Origin: Eukaryota sp. GEM-RC1
Taxonomy: Eukaryota
Length of the DNA: 64,000 nucleotides
Direction of reading: 5' to 3'
Assembly (NCBI GenBank): GCA_040285855.1
Contig: JAUFOQ010000001.1
Location: forward strand, 496,001-560,000
In this document: positions 55,231 to 64,000 of the stretch, piece after piece
Layout of the letters: every line of letters begins with the position of its first letter
Numbering within the stretch: position 1 is the first letter of the stretch
Position numbers and translations under genes: made by a program
Notes under the pieces: generated by a model
What the model saw: only the letters and a program-made list of their open reading frames with translations
Databases searched by the model: none
What the model was told of the DNA's origin: nothing

Positions 55231-55714
55231 AGGTATTCCCGTCATTATCAGTTGGAAACTGTATGAGATCCAAATGCAAAGAGATAAAAGGTTTGTGAGA
55301 GAAAAGATCACCAGCGGATGGAGCTGTGAATTTCATCTGAAATGCATATTTTACAACATTCTCACACAATTTTCTCACAGCCATGTTCTCTGTTATTTCT
55401 CCTCCTTCTACAACTCCCACTGTCCTCTAAGTGCGTGGAATTCCTGGGCAGAGTTGTTTCTAAAGGATGCTACAGTTCAAGCAAACACTGCACCCAACCA
55501 ACTAGCTCACCTTTTTAGACGAGTTGACCTGCCAATCGACGACGAAACAGACGGTTTTGAAATGGATTTTATGGTTGAAGAGCTAGCTCGGCGTTTAGAA
55601 ACCGTTGAGCGAAAAAGAAGAAATGGTGTAGAGGACCTCATTGAAGATCTTCCAGACATAATGAGAACATCCAGAAAAGGTCAGTTAAGAAGGCTGCAAT
55701 GTGTCATGCTCTAG
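55172..55714 (+). CDS. Hypothetical ORF convergent with the Tc1 transposase (true start uncertain)
   Basis: Open frame with a charged helical C-terminal half; its 5' part overlaps the integrase remnant. Confidence 0.35.
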   Translation: MFQRAKYCKTSKAININEKLGIPVIISWKLYEIQMQRDKRFVREKITSGWSCEFHLKCIFYNILTQFSHSHVLCYFSSFYNSHCPLSAWNSWAELFLKDATVQANTAPNQLAHLFRRVDLPIDDETDGFEMDFMVEELARRLETVERKRRNGVEDLIEDLPDIMRTSRKGQLRRLQCVML

Positions 55715-55869
55715 TTACTCAATTTAATGGGGCATTGCATGTAGACAACTCTCACTGACCTCAATAAATATCAACAGTTTTATTATTCTAAATTTTTGTT
55801 AAGGTGAGGTTTAATCAAATATGGAGATTGATAGATTTGATTCTCTTTCCAACCACCATGGTCAAAGAT

Positions 55870-56720
55870 ATCAGAGCAATTAAATCGCATAAAATACTCC
55901 AGAATCACGTGTTGATACGCAATAGGACGCAACTCACTGTAGTGTCTTCTATTTGCACGGACAATTTTACGAAATTTTGAAAAAAGGTTTCAATCGGATT
56001 AGAATCCGGACAATAAGGTGGAAGAATATGGAATGCCTCTCCTGCTTTACGCATACCATGTATGATATTGTCATGGTTGTGGATATTACAACCGTCCAAC
56101 ACTATACAACTTCGTGGACCACCAAAAGTATAAAGAATTCCATGAGAAATAAGAGAGGTTAAAAATGAGATGAACTGAGATCGGTTGAAGTCGCCTTCTT
56201 ATATATGTGCCATAACATATCCATTGGTACCAATAGCAACACAAGCCGAGATCGGATGAGAAACTTGAGTAGACATGAGCTTATGTACTGGAGCTCCTTT
56301 AGGGGACCAAACACTGGTTGGTTCAAAGTCTCCAGCCCTGAAAGTTATTTCATCAACAAACAGCAGACGACGTTGTTGGATGGGTAGTCACTAGAAGTCT
56401 GTTCTCAAAAGCGACTATTAAGCTCCGTTTGGCTCTCTTGACTAATATTTGGCATCGCTTCCAAGAGTATCCTGAGTGTATTAAGAAACGATGTATTGTA
56501 CTGACACTAACACTTTTATGCCGTTGATGAAGCAACAATTCTACGATTTCCCTAAGATAAAGCTCCGGTGTTTCCTCAAGAGTTGTGAGGATGAAGTCTC
56601 TATCATTATCATCTAATATGGATATGTTCCTAAGATGGGATTCTTGCGGTTTGAACGCTTGTCTTACCCATCGTAATAGAGCAGATTGATTGATCGCGTA
56701 GTAAGAAACAACAACACTAC
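55870..56720 (-). pseudogene. Tc1/mariner-IS630 family DD34E transposase, frameshifted and 5'-truncated
   Basis: HTH region PELYLREI...VSVSTIHRFL...GYSWKR; catalytic FVDE, VLDGCNIH and LPPYCPDSNPIE, with 34 residues between D and E. Confidence 0.88.
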
Positions 56721-56726
56721 AGTGTA

Positions 56727-57600
56727 CATACATCTAATAATCAATATCCTCAAAGTCCAGATTGCCTAACTGGAAATTTTCACCTACCTTATCTTCATAA
56801 TGTCTGCCAAGAGATAATAAAGCACTAAATACAGAAGTCACCATACCTTTAAAGAAAGCAAACACGATTCGATTTTTCCAAAATCTAAGTCCTAGATGTT
56901 TTTTCTTTTACAATCTGCACAAAGATTTCAAGTAATGATGTCGCAGATTCACCTAAAGAACCGTACAGTGAAAATACAAAAGTGTACAACACGTAATTCG
57001 AGTGTGAAGCCGAATTCAATAATTTCAATTTAGCACAATATTTTTGCATTTTAAATTTTTCACCAATCAACAAGGGGTTTTTAGCATTAGATTTAGCAAG
57101 TTTCTTGTTGGAATCATTACAAACATCGATAGACATAACATCAGCAATAATGAAAGATCCATCAAGACCAGGAAATATGACATCACCACGGCTATTTCCA
57201 AACGATTTGTCAACATCTGTATCATCAAACAAACCAGCCAGAACTGGTTCTAAAAAGGAAACTATTCCATAAGATTTACACATACAATATAATTGATCCC
57301 TTACTGAATCATGAACCTTACTTCTAAAAAGAAATAAAACGGTTACAATTCAATAAATGTGTAGGTGTTACAGATTGCCCACATTGGCATTTCAAATTAT
57401 GTGGAAGGTTATCAGGCCAAATATATGACCGTAAACGCATGTTTAATGACCAAGAGTTATCATCAAGAAGAAGACCGTAAACTTGAGGGATTTGAGTAAT
57501 CAGACATGAAGGAGAGCTATTAGAAACACCCATTAAGAAATTTGCAAAAGCGGGATTTTTTTCCTTGGCCATGCCAAGTCGAGCATTCTAATTCAAGCTT
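56727..57600 (-). mobile_element. CRE-like (RLE-type) non-LTR retrotransposon 3' portion
   Basis: Knuckle CQCGQSVTPTHLLNC, HDSVRD, endonuclease SRGDVIFPGLDGSFIIADV and FSLYGSLG; RT absent. Confidence 0.78.
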
Positions 57601-57659
57601 TAAATCTAACATATCTAATCTCACATATACACCTAAAAAAAATTTCACAGGGGAGTTTG

Positions 57660-57900
57660 AGCGGATATAGTTTTTGTTGTTTCTTTGACATACGTCACAA
57701 CCGTCGGTGTAGTTTTGAACATAGTCAACAAGGGATTTCCAGTGAAAACAATGTTTCTTCAGGTAATTGATGGTGTCCTTTGTAGTTGGGTGTCCGGTAA
57801 ACAAGAAGTAGTACAGATCAAGGGCTTTTTTAAGATGGGTGGGTACAGCTGTTTTGAACTGAGTAGTCCTCAAGTGTTTCATCGTTTTCTATCTGATTGA
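57660..57900 (-). pseudogene. Gypsy integrase zinc-binding domain fragment
   Basis: GHPTTKDT...FHWKSLVDYVQNYTDGCDVCQRN. Confidence 0.8.
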
Positions 57901-58083
57901 TCACATCGGAGTCTTTTGGTGAAGTAACACGGGACAGCATATCCGCCCAACAAAAGTAGTGACTCCAAAAACGTTTTGGAAAGTTTTGAGAAGATTCAAA
58001 GTTGCTATGACGTTTGATAGGGTCTGGTAGCGTTGGATAGGGAAATTGAGATGTCCGAGATTTTGGGTAAGTTTACCTGATCT

Positions 58084-58333
58084 GTTTAGTTCTGCTATCA
58101 TCACATGATAATAAAAGTAAGTTTTGCTATTTAAATAATTGAAAAACGGCTGTTTTAATCAATCCATGTTTTTTAGAAAAAACCTTTTGTATCAACATTA
58201 TTAACGCTTGTGCAATGAGCATCTTCGAATTAAAAGTAGGTTAAACAAACTGGTTATCTTTTACCAAGGAAGCAAGAAAGATTTTTAAAAACTACTCAAT
58301 ACTGCTGAATACATACACGGTCACTCCACGGTG
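58084..58333 (-). repeat. Retrotransposon 5' leader, paralogous to 54621-54871
   Basis: Direct repeat ending tcactccacggtg versus tcactctacggtg. Confidence 0.8.
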
Positions 58334-58510
58334 ATAACCCTAACTTAGGGAGTAAATAAATGATGAATAAGGAATTAATTATGAATCGAATCTTAATGAA
58401 TATATAAATACTATTACTAAACATACAATCAATAAAATATGTGATGCTGCGAATATTTTCAATGCTGAAAATTATAAAACAACCACACAATTAGTTGAGA
58501 TACAAACTTA

Positions 58511-59226
58511 TTATTCTGAATATATTTCTGGCAAAAAATCACGAGACGATATGAAGACATAAATAAACTCAGGATCACTTAATAATCGATGTGATTGGAA
58601 TGAAAATGGTTCCTTTCTTTTCTTCATTATTCTCATGATGAGTTCTTCATTGTCCCGAATATTTTCAGGTAATGATTCATAAAAAATCAAAATAGGGATA
58701 TTTTTTTAAAATACTTTTAATAAACTTGAGGTTTCTTTTTAATTCATCTGAGACATGGATATAATTTATGCTATGTTCCTTACATGCAGCTAAAGCCTTT
58801 TTAAAATCATTTCGTACTTCATAGGGTGCGTAAATAAATTGATTTGTTCCTTCTTTATATATGCACAGTTGTTCTTCTGATAATAACATTTGGTTACGTG
58901 TATGTACTTCCTTAATAATATCAAGATCATCATATTTTGGAAAATGTAAAATGTTGTTAATGTTTGCATATATTGTTTTTTTAACAAAATCCAGATCTTT
59001 TTTTAATTCATCTGAACAATAAATGATTTTTAAATGTTGGTGATAATACTGATATACAACAATCTTTGCCATTTCTTAATTCTTCTGGACACAATGCCAA
59101 ATTATGTCCATTTAGTTTGATTGCATGTTGTGCAATAATTTTATTTTCCCTCAATATTTCAGGAAAATTTTCAAATTTATGATAATCCAAATGTTGAACA
59201 ACATCATAAACTGAAATAGTTTCCAT
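58511..59226 (-). pseudogene. DUF4116-like repeat protein, frameshifted
   Basis: Repeats FPEILRENKII, CPEELRN, CSDELKKDLDFV, APYEVRND, VSDELKRNLKFI and LPENIRDNEELI. Confidence 0.75.
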
Positions 59227-59361
59227 GATCTTTTCTTGAGAAAATAATAGTTTTTACCTTTTTATTGAAATTTGATAAAGGACTAGAACGACGCAAGAAG
59301 ACCATCGATCCCCTGAGAACGACGCAAGGAGGGACCCGCTTCTGAGAACGAACCCGATTGG

Positions 59362-60587
59362 TCATTGATTTCGACGAAGCGTTCCTCTGGCAACGACTGA
59401 AGTCCCCTCTTGATAATAATTTTGGGTTTTAAAAGAAGAATAACTCTTATAAATAAAAATAATAATAATTATTAGAACAATTACTAATAATAAAATAAAT
59501 AAATACTTTTTAGGCGATTTATCTTTATCGTTTAACGACTCTTCATTTTGAGAATCTCCTTCAATTACTGAATCGTCAATCAGAGGAAGTTCTTCAATAT
59601 CGTTATCCAATTCTTCCTCCTCCTCATCATCCATATCGATATTACCAAAAGCAATATCATATAACTCGTAAACTAAAAGATTTTCTTTACCCTCAGCAAC
59701 CCTCAGTCCTCTTCCAATAATTTGTTCATATAACGTTTGTGAATAGGTGGTCTGATTAAATACAATCATATCCACTCTCGGATTATCAAAACCCGTGGTT
59801 AATACTCCAACATTACTAATAATCTGAGTCTCGCCGGAATTAAATTTATCCAACATTGGTTTACGATTTTTAGTCTTGCCATCTAAATGTACAGCAGGAA
59901 TTCCATTTGCAATTTGTTTACTAACTGCTTCTTTTGAGTCCTTTATTGTTTTATTAAAAATTAATATAGTTTTACGATTACTCTCACTAATTATTTTAAC
60001 TAAATTGTCATGAGAATCTTTTATTTTTTCATAGGATTAATCGAATTATGTTTGCTCTTTATAGAAGCATTGCCAAGTATTTATGTTCCATTTATTCGAA
60101 GTTGTATAGGGACAATTCTCGTGTTGATGTGGAGAATTTAACTTCTTTCATTTTCTGAAACAGCATGTATTAATTTATTGTTGCAAATAAACTCTTCTCA
60201 TATTTTCTTTAATTGTTTATTTGCCTGATGCACTTCATCAATTATAAAATAATCTATATTACCATGTTTAAGAATTTCACCAACTCTATTTTTTCTTGAA
60301 TCTGATAATGATACTCTACCGCCAATAATTATTCTTTTATTATAATCTCCAATATCAGCTTTAACAATACCAACATCTAAACCTTTTAATTTATCCATTG
60401 TTTGATTTAGTAATTCATCAGAATAAACTGATATTAATACACGGTTATTTGAACCTAATTTTCTAATCAATTCACTAAAGATTACTGTTTTCCCAGAACC
60501 TGTTGGTAAACTAATTATCCCAGATTCACCTGGTTTTAATTTTAATGACTTTTCTATTGCCGTTTTTTGATAATCACGCAACTTCAT
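59362..60587 (-). pseudogene. SF2 DExH helicase (ResIII/YejH/Irc3-like) with acidic linker and C-terminal hydrophobic helix; central part disrupted
   Basis: LRDYQ, PTGSGKT, IIDEVH, VGVLTTGFDNPRVD, YEQIIGRGLR; tail KKYLFILLLVIVLIIIIIFIYK; frameshifts between 60200 and 59900. Confidence 0.88.
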
Positions 60588-60608
60588 TTTAGTTACAAGA
60601 AACAAAAC

Positions 60609-60910
60609 CTTTTTGCTGTTTCAATTTACGGACGTTTAGGAAAAGTGCAATGAATTTTTTAAACGATTTCGGAAAAATCGTAAAAAATAGGATGAACAAA
60701 CGTTTTGATCATATGTTATGGTTGAATCGGATCGTTTTTACTGTTTTTAAAACAGTTCCCCTAATCATCTCCAAAGCTTTATTAGCAGTGAGTGCCTTTT
60801 ATGAGGACAAAGCTGTTGTAAGGTTTGATAGCGACGGGTGTTGTTTTAATGACATCAAATTTTAGTTGTTTGATCTATTACATTTATAATAAAGACTAGT
60901 ACCAAAAAAA
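60609..60910 (+). mobile_element. 5'-truncated CRE-like non-LTR insertion with A tail and 12-bp TSD
   Basis: TSD aagaaacaaaac at 60597-60608 and 60911-60922. Translation VSIYGRLGK...WLNRIVF...YEDK is homologous to 56800-56990. Confidence 0.85.
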
Positions 60911-60941
60911 AAGAAACAAAACTTTTAAAAAAAATAATAAT

Positions 60942-61718
60942 TTATAAAGCATTTACTCCATATTTCTCACACATTCTTTTATAGAATTTCTCATTGGACT
61001 TTATGCAACAATATTTATAATTAGCATAACATACACCAATTGCAAATTCACAAAAATCTTCAATACTTCTTAATTCAAAACTACAATATTGAAAAGCTTT
61101 CCAGTTTATAAGAATTAATTGTTTAAAAAATTCTTCATTATCACTTAGTTTACTCCAAGATAAAATTCTTACATCATATTTGATATATTCTTCATCATTT
61201 ATAACGAATTCTGGAAAATCTTCTCCAATATCACATTTTGAATCTAATAATTTTCCACAAAGCTCTTTTGTTAATAATTCCTTTGGACAATATTCCATTA
61301 GTTCAGGTTCATATAATATGCATTTTTTTAAATTTTCAGGAGTAATTTGATGAATGTATTTTTTAATTAATTCTTTTGGTAATTGATAAATATTTACAGT
61401 ATTAACAATATATTCATTCAATTCATTATTTAATTTAATCCATTTAATGCGATCCCAATCAATCGAGATACATTTCTTATAGAATTCATTATCAAATACT
61501 ACATCACAAAATTCTAAATGTTGAGGATTATCAAAGAATATTTCTTCACAGAATTTTCTATCATTACGTAGTTTTTCTGGTAACTGTTTAAAGTTCTTTG
61601 CAAATATTTCGTTAAAACAACCATAAAGATCCATGGCTTCTTTTAATTTGTAATATCCAAGAATTTCTTCAAGTGTGAAATCTCTAATGATTTGAAATAA
61701 TTCGTAATAACCTCCCAT
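60942..61718 (-). CDS. DUF4116-like repeat protein, intact, 258 aa
   Basis: LPEKLRNDRKFC, MEYCPKELLTKELC, LSDNEEFF and AFQYCSFELRSIEDFC repeats. Confidence 0.8.
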   Translation of the reverse strand: MGGYYELFQIIRDFTLEEILGYYKLKEAMDLYGCFNEIFAKNFKQLPEKLRNDRKFCEEIFFDNPQHLEFCDVVFDNEFYKKCISIDWDRIKWIKLNNELNEYIVNTVNIYQLPKELIKKYIHQITPENLKKCILYEPELMEYCPKELLTKELCGKLLDSKCDIGEDFPEFVINDEEYIKYDVRILSWSKLSDNEEFFKQLILINWKAFQYCSFELRSIEDFCEFAIGVCYANYKYCCIKSNEKFYKRMCEKYGVNAL

Positions 61719-61806
61719 TTGCTTTTAAAAAAATCATTTTTTTATTCAATTTCGGATTCTTCACTCGAAATTCCATATTCTTCACTCAAAAATCTACCAC
61801 GTATTT

Positions 61807-62508
61807 TCATACAATTATTTGGTATGAGCATATAGTAAAAACTAGATAAAACTTTTTCAAACCATATGGAACTTCCATATTATTTAATGATTGCCGTATT
61901 CTATTTTCATTCATATCTCTATGAATTCCATCAGAATGTAATACATAATCAATAGTTATGTAACCATTACAGATATTTGCAAGTAATCTTATACCAAATA
62001 TCCCTTCCATAAACGTTAATTCTATATCGATATTTAAACTATATAATTCTTTAATAATTCTTGGAAATTCTGAAGTTTTATCAGATATAGTTAATGTTAT
62101 TTATTTAGTTTTAAGTTGTTTCAATACATCAAATATATATTTACTATAAGACATTATGTTAATAAACACAATAGTATTAGAATAAATATTTGGATTATTA
62201 ATATAAAAATTAATATATTCATTTAAGTGAATAACTTTGAAACATATAGGTTTACGAGAGAAAAGAGTATCAATCCATATTGTATCAACAAAACAAGTTG
62301 TTTCGGGAGTTTTTAATTTTTCTTTAATATTTTCCATTATAGGATGTTCCATCCAATATCTACCTCCTTCTTCAAATACATCAGCTTTTATTATTCTATG
62401 CTTTTTGTGTATATTCATGAATCTTTCTGATGCATATCAATATTTTTGACATTTGCTATGTTTGAAAACACATTGGAGTAATGATTCAGTTAAAGTCAAA
62501 TGATCCAT
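61807..62508 (-). pseudogene. Unknown protein with weak F-box-like N-terminus; one stop and one frameshift
   Basis: The ATG at 62508 (MDHLTLTESLLQCVFKH...Y*YASERF) is in frame with ORF 62101-62418; the gene continues in 61807-62010. Confidence 0.5.
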
Positions 62509-62569
62509 TTAATAAAAAGAAAAATCATTTTTATGTATTTATTCAAATGAAAAAAATATAAAACCATAA

Positions 62570-62908
62570 ATGGGTGGCGTGAAAGTTTTTGGCAATCATC
62601 GAATACAAGTATATTTACCAACCAGAGTAAAAGATCCAGAATTAATAAATCATTTCTTCCTGAAGAAAACAAGAAATCACCCAAGAGTATTTCCTAAACA
62701 TGGATATACATTTATTGGAAAACACTATTCCAGACTCGAAAATGCATTAGTAACTCAATCAATGTTTTTATTTACCAAGGGACATAATGATGATTTGTGT
62801 CAAGAAATAGAAGACTATTTGGCATCTAAAAATCTTTTATGTTCTTGGTCAGCTGGAGGAAATACTAATGCATTTATTAATAATGAAAATGGTGGTTACA
62901 AAATATAA
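62570..62908 (+). CDS. Orphan protein, 112 aa
   Basis: Intact ATG-TAA ORF in very AT-rich DNA, divergent from the 62508 gene and ending 8 bp before the terminal CCCTAGGG. Confidence 0.65.
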   Translation: MGGVKVFGNHRIQVYLPTRVKDPELINHFFLKKTRNHPRVFPKHGYTFIGKHYSRLENALVTQSMFLFTKGHNDDLCQEIEDYLASKNLLCSWSAGGNTNAFINNENGGYKI

Positions 62909-62927
62909 AATAAATACCCTAGGGTTA

Positions 62928-63086
62928 CACTACTCTTTCTTGTTCCGTGTGGAAGGAGGTATCTTCTTTGTCTTTGACTTGAAGTGCCTTAAGAGTTATT
63001 CATTAATAAGAGTGTTCTTCAGTGATGAGAGTGATTCCCAAGTCCTAATACCAGAAGTAAACTCAACCAGGAACTCATAGTGATCA
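62928..63086 (-). repeat. LTR split by the island (paralogue of 54872-55063)
   Basis: Shares cactactctttct, gtggaagga.gtatcttc, gatgagagtg and gtaaactc. The minus strand starts TGATCAC and would end GTTATCA. Confidence 0.72.
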
Positions 63087-63215
63087 CCCGTTGATGTTAT
63101 GATCTAAGATTTTTGCAACGACATATTTAGAAGCGTCTTTGGCAGCCACAGTAGTTGCTTCGTCTATAGCGTTTATAGCAAATGGAGAAACAACTAATTC
63201 TTGATTAGTGACGAG

Positions 63216-63325
63216 CAGGGACTGTCAAAAATATAATGCAATATATTGCAGGATCAAAAGATTTGCAATACAGTATTGCAATACTGCAATATATTGCAAT
63301 AATGGGAAGCAATATAAATATTGTT
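63216..63325. mobile_element. hAT-type terminal fragment
   Basis: cagggactgtcaaaa followed by TGCAATA repeats like those at 14585. Confidence 0.55.
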
Positions 63326-63505
63326 GAGTAAATTATTGATTGTACAAATTCCATCAATAACTCATAACATCATCATTAGGCATCATCCAAGTTGACTAGT
63401 TTCTGATTAACCATCTTGCGAACCAAACTAATGTCCCAAAACTCTCTGTTTACAGAAAGAAATAGTTGATTGGCAAGTCTTCGATCAGATAAGTTGTGTC
63501 GTGAC

Positions 63506-63870
63506 TAGGGCTGTCAAATGACGAGTCACAACGCGTCACGACTTGAAAAATTGACGTCGACGTGACGTGACTTCCCAGAAATTCAAGTCGACTTACAGTC
63601 ACGTTATGACGAGTCATGACGATTTACAAAATAACCATTTGTTGATCTTTCTCTAGTTTGCCTCTGCATCTATATGCACACGAGAAAGCTACTACAGACA
63701 ACTTTAACTCCTCTTCTAAGACGATCTAATGGATACGATTGTGTCGACAGTGACAACGACGCATCTTCTCAGGGGGGAAATTGCTAGAAACTATTTCTGT
63801 ATTCAAGCCACTTCAGTGCCAGCAGAACAGCTATTCTCGCAAGCAGGATTAGTTGTGACCAGGGATCCCA
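63506..63870 (+). mobile_element. hAT element end plus C-terminal dimerisation domain remnant
   Basis: tagggctgtcaaa terminus, GTCAC/GTGAC repeats at 63519-63622, and IARNYFCIQATSVPAEQLFSQAG. Confidence 0.75.
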
Positions 63871-64000
63871 AATATATAATTTATCACCTAATTTATTACC
63901 ATAAATATACACATACATTTCTGCAAATGTATCAATTTCACTGATTGATCAAAAACCCCGTTTTTTTATTAATATATCACAATAATTAATTATTGGCAAA

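Larger units (their letters stand above)
58338..62924. mobile_element. AT-rich, gene-dense inserted island with CCCT...AGGG ends (piggyBac-like termini, virus-like cargo)
   Basis: The flanks gtgATAA|CCCTAACTTAGGG ... CCCTAGGG|TTAcactactctttct rejoin to match the uninterrupted paralogue gtgTCAAcactactctttct at 54871-54890. GC drops abruptly, and the island holds five tightly packed genes. Confidence 0.8.

Noticed and set aside
55870..57600. Fanzor/TnpB nuclease next to the IS630-like transposase
   Set aside because: The adjacent Cys/His and RGD...D motifs fit a CRE-like retrotransposon endonuclease that is also found apart from Tc1; no RuvC triad was seen.
58338..62924. Bacterial contamination or a misjoined contig
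   Set aside because: The flanks rejoin precisely into an LTR, and the island contains a host retroelement insertion with a TSD.

Overview
AT-rich, intron-poor eukaryotic (protist-like) DNA with many homopolymer frameshifts, suggesting a long-read assembly. It has three parts. (1) 1-44243 is a head-to-tail ~16 kb segmental amplification (one partial plus two full units; junctions at 12011/12012 and 28026/28027, ancestral end at 44243). Each unit carries a hAT-type MITE, a disrupted MULE/MuDR transposase, a dead Ty3/Gypsy element with an extra zinc-finger insert, a kinase-coiled-coil-SPRY gene cut at the junction, a divergent BTB-SPRY gene, a CRE-like non-LTR fragment and a second hAT MITE. The two SPRY modules share near-identical framework DNA but differ sharply in four loops. 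(2) 44244-54600 is single-copy: the 5' half of the full-length RING-kinase-coiled-coil-SPRY gene (42950-44773), a hAT deletion derivative, a membrane-anchored alpha/beta-hydrolase and TE debris. (3) 54600-64000 is a nest of Gypsy, Tc1/IS630, CRE-like and hAT remnants. It contains the most striking feature: a discrete 4.6 kb very AT-rich, gene-dense island (58338-62924). The island has CCCT...AGGG palindromic ends and sits inside the terminus of an LTR whose uninterrupted paralogue is at 54872. It encodes no transposase but carries virus-like cargo: an SF2 helicase with a C-terminal membrane anchor, two DUF4116-like repeat proteins, an F-box-like gene and an orphan. All assignments come from motif reading by eye; no searches were run.
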